The notes below the pieces were generated by a model. It ran no database searches. It was given only the letters and a program-made list of their open reading frames with translations, and had not been told where the DNA came from. DNA of 64,000 bases from Macrostomum lignano (lineage: Eukaryota). The position numbers were made by a program, and so were the translations under genes. How positions within the stretch are numbered: position 1 is the stretch's first letter; every line of letters begins with the position of its first letter. The stretch covers positions 1 through 64,000 of the forward strand of contig NIVC01001571.1 in the NCBI GenBank assembly GCA_002269645.1, given 5' to 3'. Of this stretch, positions 1 through 13,040 are shown piece by piece.

Positions 1-375
1 CTTTATCTTCCCTAGTATCTCATCCTTTTATCTTCCCTAGTATCTCACCTTTATCTTCCCTAGTATCTCACCCTTTATCTTCCCTAGTATCTTCACATTT
101 ATCTTCCCTAGTATCTCACCCTTTATCTTCCATAATATTTCACCCTTTATGCTCGCCTATTATCTCATCCTTTATCTTCCCTAGTATCTCACCCTTTATC
201 TTCCCTAGTATCTCACCCTTTATCTTCCCTAGTATCTCACCCTTTATCTTCCATAATATTTCACCCTTTATGTTCGCCTATTATCTCATCCTTTATCTTC
301 CCTAGTATCTCACCCTTTATCTTCCCTAGTATCTCACCCTTTATCTTCCCTAGTATCTCATCCTTTATCTTCCTA
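1..375. repeat. 24-bp minisatellite TTTATCTTCCCTAGTATCTCACCC
   Basis: Direct tandem copies; truncated by the window edge. Confidence 0.95.
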
Positions 376-1029
376 GTATCACATCCCTCCCTCATTTGTT
401 CCGCTCCAAAAATCAAAAAAAAACGCTATCGAAACAAGACGGATAATTAGGCTCTACAGGAGCTAACACAGGGTTTGACGTGAGCTCATTCCCTAAATAT
501 AAAATTGTGTCGACGTTTAGGTTAAAATAGGCTCGAGTGTAGGGCCAGAGTGCGGGAATTAAAGGGCCTTCACTATAAAAGGAGAGGTGGGAGAGAAGGA
601 TGAAGAGAACACAGCAGGGTGTGGGCGGATTACTCAGTGGAACTTACTCCGTTCCTTAGCTTTCCTCTCCCACTCTCACTCTCTGCCAATACAAGCCGCC
701 CCCCCGCAAAAAATACCGCCGGCAAGCTAGAAAAACCGGAAGGTCATAAAAAGGAAGTCCTACTAGGAGAGATGAATGCGTAAATTACTGCATAGGCAAA
801 AATTTCAATAGCAATCAAGCTATAGGGGAGATTAATAATAAAAATAGCAAGATTGACGAAATCTCTTTGACATGGCAGGATTGAAAAAGATTAAATTGCG
901 AACGGGAAGGACACGGGACAGAGGGATTAAGGTGAGTAGTCGTAGAAGCCAAAGCTTTGAAGCTGAGCGAAGGCATAATAATTAATAAGCTAGTTTGGCA
1001 TCTCACCAACTCACCTGCCTCTGGCTCAC

Positions 1030-2582
1030 AAAGGGGAATAGAGGGCAGACACAGGGGAATAGAGGGCAGACACAGGGGAATAGAAGGCAGACACGTAGCA
1101 GAATAGACACACACGGAGAGCGGGAAGAGACACACATGGGAAGCGGAAAGAGACACACACGGGAGCGGGAAGAGACACACACGGAGAGCGGGAAGAGACA
1201 CACGGGAGCGGAAAGAGACACATGGAGAGCGGGAAGAGACACACGGGAGCGGGAAGAGACACACACGGAGAGCGGGAAGAGACACACACGGGAGCGGGAA
1301 GAGACACACGGGAGTGGGAAGAGACACACGGAGAGCGGGAAGAGACACACGGGAGCGGGAAGAGACACACACGGAGAGCGGGAAGAGACACACACGGAAG
1401 CGGGAAGAGACACATGGAGAGCGGGAAGACACATGGGAGCGGGAAGAGACACACGGAGAGCGGGAAGACACATGGGAGCGGGAAGAGACACACGGAGAGC
1501 GGGAAGAGACACACACGGGAGCGGGAAGAGACACACGGAGAGCGGGAAGAGACACACACGGGAGCGGGAAGAGACACACACGGAGAGCGGGAAGAGACAC
1601 ACGGGAGCGGGAAGAGACACACGGGAGCGGGAAGAGACACATGGAGAGCGGGAAGAGACACACGGGAGCGGGAAGAGACACACACGGAGAGCGGGAAGAG
1701 AAACACGGGAGCGGGAAGAGACACATGGAGAGCGTAAAGAGACACACACGGGAGCGGGAAGAGACACATGGAGAGCGGGAAGAGACACATGGAGAGCGGG
1801 AAGACACATGGGCGGGAAGAGACACACGGAGAGCGGGAAGAGACACACGGAGAGCGGGAAGAGACACACACGGGAGCGGGAAGAGACACATGGAGAGCGG
1901 GAAGAGACACACGGGAGCGGGAAGAGACACACACGGAGAGCGGGAAGAGACACACGGAGAGCGGGAAGAGACACACGGAGCGGGAAGAGACACACACGGA
2001 GAGCGGGAAGAGACACACGGGAGCGGGAAGAGACACACGCGGAGAGCGGAAAGAGACACACGGGAGCGGGAAGAGACACACGGGAGCGGGAAGAGACACA
2101 TGGAGAGCGGGAAGAGACACACACGGGAGCGGGAAGAGACACATGGAGAGCGGGAAGACACATGGGAGCGGGAAGAGACACACGGAGAGCGGGAAGACAC
2201 ATGGGAGCGGGAAGAGACACACGGAGAGCGGGAAGAGACACACACGGGAGCGGGAAGAGACACACACGGAGAGCGGGAAGAGACACACGGGAGCGGGAAG
2301 AGACACACGGAGAGCGGGAAGAGACACACGGAGAGCGGGAAGAGACACACGGGAGCGGGAAGAGACACACACGGAGAGCGGGAAGAGACACACGGGAGCG
2401 GGAAGAGACACATGGAGAGCGGGAAGACACATGGGAGCGGGAAGAGACACACGGAGAGCGGGAAGAGACACACACGGGAGCGGGAAGAGACACACGGGAG
2501 TGGGAAGAGACACACGGAGAGCGGGAAGAGACACACGGGAGTGGGAAGAGACACACGGGTGCGGGAAGAGATACACGGGGGA
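1030..2582. repeat. ~20-bp minisatellite GAGCGGGAAGAGACACACGG (plus 3 copies of a 21-mer at the left end), Ric-8 intron
   Basis: Dozens of copies with AC/GA slippage variants; explains the six overlapping ORFs at 815-3085. Confidence 0.97.
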
Positions 2583-2607
2583 GCGGAAGGAATCTCAAAT
2601 GGCTCAC

Positions 2608-5600
2608 CTGTGTGCCGCACCACCTTGGCGGCATTCTCTTTGCACAGCACAAACAGAAGCTGTCCAGCCTGTCTAGCCAGACCGCTGCTGCTACCGCAGC
2701 TGCCGCTAGCGCTGGCGCCTCCGACGCCTTCGAGTCCGCCGCCGCTGATCAGGCGACACAGGTCGGACAGCAGCGAGTTGGCTTCGGTCTCCGTTACCGA
2801 CTCATCTTCGGTGTCGATGTCTCCGCCGCCAGCGGCAGCAGCAGCCGAAGTAGTTGACGAAGACGACGCCGCCGGCAGATGCGGATGCTTCGGCAGGATC
2901 AGCGAGCGCAGGAAGCAGCGCACAGATCGTTGCGAAATCGACGCCTCAGTCAATACAGCGAGGCAGGCGCCGACGCTGCTGGCGCTGGAGGCTGCTGACG
3001 GCGTGAGTTCAGTCGGCGGCAGCTCGTGAGTCACTTCGCGCAGACAATGACGCAAAAATTCTACAAGAGAATTGACGGCGGACAAATTTTTATCCTCAAA
3101 TCGGCAGGCTACGTCGACTGTGCCTTCTAGCGGGTGGTGAGCTCTTCGAATGCGATTAGCGGCACAGTGAGCAGCACTTCTAGGCAGGATTCGAGCAGCG
3201 GACGTCGGTCTAAGCTAGGCGGCATTAGCAGCAGATCGTGCACCAGAGACACCAGCCGCAGGTAGTGAGCCTCCTCATCCGGTGTCAGGTTGTCCCTATC
3301 GTTGCTAGCGGCCAGGCTGGCGAGCACCCGAAGCACCAGGCACACCAAGGCTTGCTCCTGCTGAGCCAGGGGCCTCGGCGGCCGGCAGTCACTGATGATC
3401 AGGTCAATCACTTCCATTAGGTAGACAAAACCGTCCAGGTTGCGGTATACCTGTCCGGGAACGATTTGTTAAATGGAATTGACTGTATGACTTTTATACT
3501 AAATCTGTTAGCTATGGAGTCTATAGAAAGTGAATTCTAGATTCAATTCAATATGCTAAATATAATTTTTTTCTGATTAGATATCTCTAAACACCGTAGA
3601 ATATAGATCTCTTATAGACTAAAGATCTTTAGAACCACAGACTATAGATCTCTACAACCATAGACTATAGATCTCTACAACCATAGACTATAGATCTCTA
3701 GAACCATAGACTACAGATCTCTACAACCATAGACTATAGATCTTTAGAACCACAGACTATAGATCTCTAGAACCACAGACTATAGATCTCTAGAACCACA
3801 GACTATAGATCTCTAGAACCATAGACTATAGATCTCTAGAACCATAGACTATAGATCTCTAGAACTACAGACTATAGATCTCTAGAACCATAGACTATAG
3901 ATCTCTGGAACTACAGACTATAGATCTCTAGAACCATAGACTATAGATCTCTAGAACTACAGACTATATATCTCTAGAACCATAGACTATAGATCTCTAG
4001 AACTACAGACTATAGATCTCTAGAACCATAGACTATAGATCTCTAGAACTACAGACTATAGATCTCTAGAACCATAGACTATAGATCTCTAGAACTACAG
4101 ACTATAGATCTCTAGAACCATAGACTATAGATCTCTAGAACTACAGACTATAGATCTCTAGAATCATAGACTATAGATCTCTAGAACTACAGACTATAGA
4201 TCTCTAGAACCATAGACTTTAGATCTCTAGAACTACAGACTATAGATCTCTAGAACCATAGACTATAGATCTCTAGAACTACAGACTATAGATCTCTAGA
4301 ACCATAGACTTCACACAGCACACGTAGCTTCACACAGACAGCAAGATTATACTCTAGTTAAGAAATTTTGCCTCAGCAAAAAAAGATTACAGGGTTACTT
4401 CTAAGACTATTCTCAGTTCTTCAAGACTAAAGCCCCTCACATACGCTTTTATACCTGCATTGCTTAGCAGGGAATTATGACATACTCGAGAACTAGTATT
4501 TGCAGTGAGCTCTGTAATCAAGTCTTATCACGAGTTGATCGAAGCTAACAGAGTAAGTAGTGATTTTGGTTGAATAAGATTTCCGCCAGTACGAGCTATA
4601 TTAATACCATGAGCATAATTTAGGTACGACTTGTGGATACGTATTTTTGTTGCTAACACAAGCGTGCCTTGGCGGTGCGACAAAAGTATGGTGTGACAGA
4701 GTATATTGTGACTGGGTATGGCTTGAGTGACTGATTATATTGTGACTGAGTATATGGCTTGAGTGACTGATTATATTGTGACTGAGTATACGGCTTGAGT
4801 GACTGATTATATTGTGACTGAGTATATGGCTTGTGTGACTGATTATATTGTGACTGAGTATATGGCTTGAGTGACTGATTATATTGTGACTGAGTATGCG
4901 GCTTGAGTGACTGATTATATTGTGACTGAGTATATGGCTTGAGTGACTGATTATATTGTGACTGAGTATATGGCTTGAGTGACTGATTATATTGTGACTG
5001 AGTATGCGGCTTGAGTGACTGATTATATTGTGACTGAGTATATGGCTTGAGTGACTGATTATATTGTGACTGAGTATATGGCTTGTGTGACTGATTATAT
5101 TGTGACTGAGTATACGGCTTGAGTGACTGATTATATTGTGATTGAGTATATGGCTTGAGTGACTGATTATATTGTGACTGAGTATATGGCTTGAGTGACT
5201 GATTATATTGTGACTGAGTATATGGCTTGTGTGACTGATTATATTGTGACTGAGTATACGGCTTGTGTGACTGAGTGTGGCTGTGTCAGAACTAGAAGTG
5301 CTTGTTGCTAATTATAATTACCCGTAGAAAGCGTATTCTAGCCTAACGTTTTTTGGCAATTATAAAGAGGACACACTAATGCTTATAATCTAGTTTGCAC
5401 TTATAGAGTAACTTTTAGTTTTTAATCCCTTTCTCTTAAAGCTAACGTTTAGGATTTAAAATATATAATTCTATAGATTATTTTATATTAACTAAAGCTC
5501 AAAAACATAAACTCAGAGATTTACTAAGACGGCAGTTTATAAACATAAAGAGTCTTTAAAAGTACATTTTTTAAATGAAAACCGTTAGGAAGGCTTTTCA

Positions 5601-8600
5601 GCTTTTCGTTAGGAAGGCTGAAGTTTTTCAGTCTTCCTAAAGTTCCACTTCAGAGCACTTTTTAAGTAGTCGAATCTTCAATTTAACAAGCACTAGACAG
5701 CGTAAAAAACAAGGACTAAAGATCATGAAAAAGTACTTTTTCTTAAGGGTCTGAACCAAGGATTGTAGAGGCATACATTATACGAGCTACGACCTGCATT
5801 GCTGGTCTAGGGACGAAAATTTTTTGCATATAGTATAGGTCATCCTTAGTCTGAACTTCCATGACTGACTGACTGACTGACTGACTGACTGACTGACTGA
5901 CTGACTGACTGACTAACTAACTAACTAACTAACTAACTGACTAACTGACTAACTGACTAACTAACTGACTAACTAACTGACTAACTGACTAACTAACTAA
6001 CTGACTAACTGACTAACTAACTGACTAACTAACTGACTAACTGACTAACTAACTGACTGACTGACTGACTAACTGACTAACTGACTAACTAACTGACTGA
6101 CTGACTGACTGATTAACTAACTAACTGACTAACTGACTAACTAACTAACTAACTAACTCACTCACTCACTAACTAACTAACTAACTAACTCACTCACTCA
6201 CTAACTAACTAATTGACTGACTAACTAACTAACTAACTCACTAACTAAATATAGATACTCTTGAATGGTGTCAACTTGTCGACATGACAACTTTAAAAAA
6301 GATGGCAGAATTTCGTGTGCCTTTGAGCTGCTCCGTTCTGGTGCAGAGATAAAAAACTGTCACCGTGATCTCTGTCCTTAGTCGCATGCCCGCTCATACA
6401 ACGGATGGAAAAAAGTTTTTGGTTTATAAACTTTGAAAGCTGTAGTTTTTTAGTTTAGACGATACTAAGACGAATAGATGTAAAGTAGCGATTTGAGAAT
6501 GCAGCATCGGGTTGAATCTTAAAAATGCCAGATATGAAATGGAGCGTGACTTTCAGCAAATCTGAGGGCCTGGGAATCTGTTTCTTTTTCTAAGACATTT
6601 TTTTTCGACGCTAAAACTTTAGTAGAACATGGAAGGCCGCCAGCAACTGAGGATTTGGGAGGCTGGCCCAGCAACTGAGGATCTGGAAGGCTGGCCCAGC
6701 AACTGACACTTTGGGAGGCTGGCCCATCAACTGATCTGGGAGGCTGGCCCAGCAACTGACACTTTGGGAGGCTGGCCCATCAACTGATCTGGGAGGCTGG
6801 CCCAGCAACACAGCAACTGAGGATCTGGGAGGCTGGCCCAGCAACTGACACTCTGGGAGGCTGGCCCAGCAACACAGCAACTGAGGATCTGGGAGGCTGG
6901 CCCAGCAACTGAGGATCTGGAAGGCTGGCCCAGCAACTGACACTCTGGGAGGCTGGCCCAGCAACACAGCAACTGAGGATCTGGGAGGCTGGCCCAGCAA
7001 CTGACACTCTGGGAGGCTGGCCCAGCAACACAGCAACTGAGGATCTGGGAGGCTGGCCCAGCAACTGAGGATCTGGAAGGCTGGCCCAGCAACTGACACT
7101 CTGGGAGGCTGGCCCAGCAACACAGCAACTGAGGATCTGGGAGGCTGGCCCAGCAACTGACACTCTGGGAGGCTGGCCCAGCAACTGACACTCTGGGAGG
7201 CTGGCCCAGCAACTGACACTCTGGGAGGCTGGCCCAGCAACTGACACTCTGGGAGGCTGGCCCAGCAACTGACACACTGGGAGGCTGGCTCACCATAGGC
7301 GCCAGAGAAGGCATGGCACGCAGCACCCGGTCGAGAACGTCAATATCGGCCAGCTTCACCTCCCAGCCGATGCAGGGATCACGAAAGGTGCGCACGCGGT
7401 CGATGAGGCCCTGAAGAATTCCCTCGGCGCAGAAGGCGTCAGCGGCGGACAGCGGCGTCTGCAAGGCAAAAGCGTATGGTTTCTTGCTGGGTCAAGCATA
7501 GGAGAATCACACAGAGACTGCTGCTGGGTCAAGCATAGAACAATCACACAGAGACTGCTGCTGGGTCAAGCATAGGAGAATCACACAGAGACTGCTGGCT
7601 GGGTCAAGCATAGGAGAATCACACAGAGACTGCTGGCTGGGTCAAGCATAGGAGAATCACACAGAGACTGCTGCTGGGTCAAGCATAGGAGAATCACACA
7701 GAGACTGCTGCTGGGTCAAGCATAGGAGAATCACACAGAGACTGCTGCTGGGTCAAGCATAGGAGAATCACACAGAGACTGCTGCTGGGTCAAGCATAGG
7801 AGAACCACACAGAGACTGCTGCTGGGTCAAGCATAGGAGAATCACACAGAGACTGCTGCTGGGTCAAGCATAGGAGAATCACACAGAGACTGCTGCTGGG
7901 TCAAGCATAGGAGAACCACACAGAGACTGCTGCTGGGTCAAGCATAGGAGAATCACACAGAGACTGCTGCTGGGTCAAGCATAGGAGAACCACACAGAGA
8001 CTGCTGCTGGGTCAAGCATAGGAGAATCACACAGAGACTGCTGGGTCAAGCATAGGAGAACCGCACAGACTGCTGGGTCAAGCATAGGAGAACCGCACAG
8101 ACTGCTGAGTCAAGCATAGGAGTAACTCTCAAGTGAAACTCACATGCGTCAGCAGAGTCAGGATGCAGGTCAGACTAGACTGAGCATCTTCTGCCGTCCC
8201 AGCATCCGGCTGATGCCGATGCCGACTTTCCTCGGCGGCAGCGGCTGCACTGGTGAGTCCGGCTGACAACAACAGCTGCTGGGCTAGGCCGGCAGTCACA
8301 CTGCGGCTAGCCAGGCAGTCGCCGGGTACAGCTTGAAGAAGCTGGAGAAGAGCGGTACGGTATTCGCTAAGCTGTTGGTGCTGCTTCAACTGACATTCCA
8401 ACCAGGCTAGTAGGCTCTGAGTAGTGCCGGAGTCTAGTACGGTGTCTGCTGATTGGCGCTGTTGCATGTGCAGCTGGAGCAGCAACGGCTGATGCTGCTG
8501 ATGCTGATGATGCTGTTGCTTACGCTGCTCGGCGATCAGTGCCAACCGCAGACGGTGCATTAGATCTAGGCGTGCATCGTCTAGCCTGACTTTCGGGTCG

Positions 8601-8638
8601 CACTCGTCCAGCAAATGCTGCGCCAATTGCTGGGCCAT
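2608..8638 (-). CDS. RIC8: Ric-8/synembryn G-alpha GEF/chaperone, multi-exon, 3' end outside window
   Basis: Exons 8638(or an upstream exon)-8144, 7458-7294 and 3450-2608; GT-AG, phases 0/0/1. Motifs match Ric-8: GFVYLMEVIDL, LSAVNSLVEFL, CLAVLTEAS..VRCFLRSLILP, AGQLLFVLCKENAAKVVRHTG (cf. [21 protein letters not shown]). Needs one extra base at 3132-3134. The expected following GYGNAAG exon is not in the window, and the true first exon is uncertain. Confidence 0.85.
3625..4312. repeat. 23-bp minisatellite AGACTATAGATCTCTAGAACCAT
   Basis: Alternating CCAT/CTAC variants give a 46-bp dimer; the unit is nearly palindromic. Confidence 0.97.
4705..5280. repeat. 36-bp minisatellite GTGACTGAGTATATGGCTTGAGTGACTGATTATATT
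   Basis: About 15 tandem copies. Confidence 0.97.
5863..6248. repeat. Compound tetranucleotide (GACT/AACT/CACT)n
   Basis: Direct reading. Confidence 0.97.
6635..7290. repeat. 28/36-bp minisatellite CTGGGAGGCTGGCCCAGCAACTGACACT
   Basis: Abuts the Ric-8 donor at 7293. Confidence 0.95.
7486..8120. repeat. 37-bp minisatellite CTGGGTCAAGCATAGGAGAATCACACAGAGACTGCTG
   Basis: Fills nearly all of intron 8143-7459. Confidence 0.97.
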
Positions 8639-9606
8639 ATAAAAATTTTTTGTGTAATAAATTGATGTATATATGAATTAGTATCAGTTATTGTTAGCTT
8701 TTGATAGGGGATCCGGTCGAGATGGATAGAAGGTTGCTAACTGGAAATAGATAGACCGCAGAATGCTATATTTTCTCGACATTGACAATTCACCCACCCG
8801 GGATTGGGAGAGGGCACTCTCAGGCAACAGCCTCTGCCTTCTCTGCTTCTGCTGTCTCTCTCTGCATCTCCCGCCCACTCATCCTCCATCCAATGGCGAA
8901 GAGTCGGGGTGGGTGGGGGTGTTTGAAGGCACTTTTATCGGGGCTACGAGTTGGCAGGGGGAGAGGAGAGAGGAGGAGGAGGGGTTTCTTCCCGGATTGG
9001 TGGGCTGGCTTTCGCGCGGCGTGACCAGAATGAGAAACGACTTAGGAAGGGAAGCGAGGTTGAGAATCGCTGATAGACAGGATGGAGGTTGGGTGGGGGG
9101 GGGTAGCTAGGGGGAGGGGGGCACAGATAGGCCGTAGGCCCCTGGGGATGCGGATTTTTGCCGAGAGAGAGAGAGAGAGAGAGAGAGGCTGGTGCTCCTG
9201 GCTGCTGAGAGTCGTGTCTGTCAGTGCGCGCGTTTGTGAAGGATAAAAAAATTGAAGCCACAACAGCTAAAGAGTAGAATTGGTCAGCCCCAGGCTTAAA
9301 TACTCTGAGGATAGAAGAAAACCAGGGGAAGAGGGGAGAGTAAAGAGATATTAGAGACGATATTGGAGCGCGAGTGACAAGCGCAAATCAGCTTAACTCA
9401 CTAGGCGATTAGCCACAAGCGTTGCTTTCCTAGATACCAAATACACCTAGCTTCATTAATCAATGCAAAAGGCACAGCCTATAGTTAATGAGTTGTTTAT
9501 TTTGCATAGGCAAAAAACGATGGAGAAAATGGTATCGCGTAGAGATTAGAAAAATTGGTAAGATAGTTACCCCTTTAATTGAAGTTGTATCAAGTTTTTT
9601 AAGTTT

Positions 9607-10440
9607 ACTGAGGTGGGTTGGAGAGGCTTACTGAGGTGGGTTGGAGAGGCTTGCTGAGGCGGGTTGGAGAGGCTTACTGAGGTGGGTTGGAGAGGCTTGC
9701 TGAGGCGGGTTGGAGAGGCTTGCTGAGCAGGGTTGGAGAGGCTTGCTGAGGCGGGTTGGAGAGGCTTGCTGAGGCGGGTTGGAGAGGCTTGCTGAGCAGG
9801 GTTGGAGAGGCTTGCTGAGGCGGGTTGGAGAGGCTTGCTGAGCAGGGTTGGAGAGGCTTGCTGAGGCGGGTTGGAGAGGCTTGCTGAGGCGGGTTGGAGA
9901 GGCTTGCTGAGCAGGGTTGGAGAGTCTTACTGAGGCGGGTTGGAGAGGCTTACTGAGGCGGGTTAGAGAGGGTTACTGGGGCGGGTTGGAGAGGCTTACT
10001 GAGGCGGGTTAGAGAGGCTTACTGAGGCGGGTTGGAGAGGCTTACTGAGGCGGGTTAGAGAGGGTTACTGGGGCGGGTTGGAGAGGCTTACTGAGGCGGG
10101 TTAGAGAGGCTTACTGAGGCGGGTTAGAGGCTTACTGACACGGGTTAGAGAGGCTTACTGAGGCGGGTTGGAGAGGCTTACTGAGGCGGGTTAGAGAGGC
10201 TTACTGACACGGGTTAGAGGCTTACTGACACGGGTTAGAGAGGCTTACTGAGGCGGGTTGGAGAGGCTTACTGAGGCGGGTTAGAGAGGCTTACTGAGGC
10301 GGGTTGGAGAGGCTTACTGAGGCGGGTTAGAGAGGCTTACTGAGGCGGGTTGGAGAGGCTTACTGAGGCGGGTAAGAGGCTTACTGACACGGGTTAGAGG
10401 CTTACTGAGGCAGGTTAGAGAGGGTTACTGAGGCGGTTGG
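9607..10440. repeat. 23-bp minisatellite GCTTACTGAGGCGGGTTGGAGAG
   Basis: Tandem copies with a left-to-right variant shift. Confidence 0.97.
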
Positions 10441-10861
10441 AGTACCAGTTTTAAAGTGGTTCCTCATTTTATTTTCACTCAATTACCAGAATGCACTTTT
10501 ATAACTTCGTCTCTACCTCTTCCATGAGTAGCTAATATAAGTCAGTCAACACAGCTACGATTTTTACTGCCTTTGATCTAAACCCAATGATTTGAAATAG
10601 TTCTAGAAGTACTATAAATAAAGAAAAGACAAAAACAGAACAGGTTGCAAGGATTTATCCATCAATCGAAAACAGTAAGATACACAGGACTATTTTAGCG
10701 GCACAAACATTTAACAATGCGTTTACTTTGAATTTAGCATTCAGTTCAGTGGAACAAGAAGATAATTGACATACATGTATGTCGAACTATTAGTTAAATT
10801 GACATTCGAAATGCAAGCGAGCCAACTTACTGATAGTAGGAGTACAGGCGTTTTTATCATC

Positions 10862-12880
10862 CTATATCGATCTCAAGACTCTCATATCGAATCTCAAGAC
10901 TCGAACCGAATCGCAAAACTCTTAAACCGAATCTAAAGATTCTCATACCGAATCTCAAGACTCTCAAACCGAATCGCAAGACTCTTAAACCGAATCTAAA
11001 GATTCTCATATCGAATCTCAAGACTCTCATACCGAATCTCAAGACTCTCAAACCGAATCGCAAGACTCTTAAACCGAATCTAAAGATTCTCATACCGAAT
11101 CTCAAGACTCTCAAACCGAATCGCAAGACTCTTAAACCGAATCTAAAGATTCTCATATCGAATCTCAAGACTCTCATACCGAATCTCAAGACTCTCAAAC
11201 CGAATCGCAAGACTCTTAAACCGAATCTAAAGATTCTCATATCGAATCTCAAGACTCTCATACCGAATCTCAAGACTCTCAAACCGAATCGCAAGACTCT
11301 TAAACCGAATCTAAAGATTCTCATATCGAATCTCAAGACTCTCATACCGAATCTTGAGACTCCCATACCGAATCTTGAGACTCTCATATCGAATCTCAAG
11401 ATTCTCAAACCGACCTCAAGACTCTCATATCGAATCTCAAGACTCTCAAACCGAATCGCAAGACTATTAAGCCGAATCTAAAGATTCTCATATCGAATCT
11501 CAAGACTCTCAAGCCGAATCTAAAGATTCTCATATCGAATCTCAAGACTCTCAAACCGAATCGCAAGACTATTAAGCCGAGTCTAAAGATTCTCATATCG
11601 AATCTCAAGACTCACAAACCGAATCTCAAGACTATTAAGCCGAGTCTAAAGATTCTCATATCGAATCTCAAGACTCTCAAACCGAATCGCAAGACTATTA
11701 AGCCGAGTCTAAAGATTCTCATATCGAATCTCAAGACTCACAAACCGAATCTCAAGACTATTAAGCCGAGTAGATCTTAAGACTCTCATATCGAATCTCA
11801 AGACTCGAACCGAATCGCAAAACTCTTAAACCGAATCTAAAGATTCTCATACCGAATCTCAAGACTCTCAAACCGAATCGCAAGACTCTTAAACCGAATC
11901 TAAAGATTCTCATATCGAATCTCAAGACTCTCATACCGAATCTCAAGACTCTCAAACCGAATCGCAAGACTCTTAAACCGAATCTAAAGATTCTCATACC
12001 GAATCTCAAGACTCTCAAACCGAATCGCAAGACTCTTAAACCGAATCTAAAGATTCTCATATCGAATCTCAAGACTCTCATACCGAATCTCAAGACTCTC
12101 AAACCGAATCGCAAGACTCTTAAACCGAATCTAAAGATTCTCATATCGAATCTCAAGACTCTCATACCGAATCTCAAGACTCTCAAACCGAATCGCAAGA
12201 CTCTTAAACCGAATCTAAAGATTCTCATATCGAATCTCAAGACTCTCATACCGAATCTTGAGACTCCCATACCGAATCTTGAGACTCTCATATCGAATCT
12301 CAAGATTCTCATACCGACCTCAAGACTCTCAAACCGAATCGCAAGACTATTAAGCCGAATCTAAAGATTCTCATATCGAATCTCAAGACTCTCAAGCCGA
12401 ATCTAAAGATTCTCATATCGAATCTCAAGACTCTCAAACCGAATCGCAAGACTATTAAGCCGAGTCTAAAGATTCTCATATCGAATCTCAAGACTCACAA
12501 ACCGAATCTCAAGACTATTAAGCCGAGTCTAAAGATTCTCATATCGAATCTCAAGACTCTCAAACCGAATCGCAAGACTATTAAGCCGAGTCTAAAGATT
12601 CTCATATCGAATCTCAAGACTCACAAACCGAATCTCAAGACTATTAAGCCGAGTCTAAAGATTCTCATATCGAATCTCAAGACTCTCATACCGAATCTCA
12701 AGACTCTCAAATCGAATCGCAAGACTATTAAGCCGAATCGAAAGATTCTCATACCGAATCCCAAGACTCTCATACCGAAGCTAAGACTTAAAACGAAACT
12801 CAAGACTCTCAAACCGAATCTCAAGACTCTCATACCAAAGCTAAGACTCTCGATCAAACCGAATCTCACAAGTCCCATTT
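10862..12880. repeat. 21-bp minisatellite (CTCAAGACTCTCATACCGAAT family) with 63/84-bp higher-order units and a 904-bp internal duplication
   Basis: Essentially identical translated ORFs at 10857-11408 and 11761-12312. Confidence 0.95.
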
Positions 12881-13040
12881 CGAAACCCGAAAATCTTATT
12901 TTGAATGATTAGCTAGCCACTTTAAAACTTCATCAATCGCAAAACTACACAAAAAACCTTACTTTTACCGGGTAAACAGCGGGAGCAACTATGACTGCCT
13001 AATTATGGTGAAAAAACACTCGTCATCGTTTTTGTCCGTT

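Noticed and set aside
815-3029. Several overlapping 170-756 aa ORFs
   Set aside because: They are stop-free frames through a 20-bp array. Only 3450-2608 on the minus strand is real Ric-8 exon.
9380-9460. Candidate first exon of Ric-8 (VYLVSRKATLVANRL, then GTGAGT)
   Set aside because: Phase-compatible but with no homology support and no located ATG; left out of the model.
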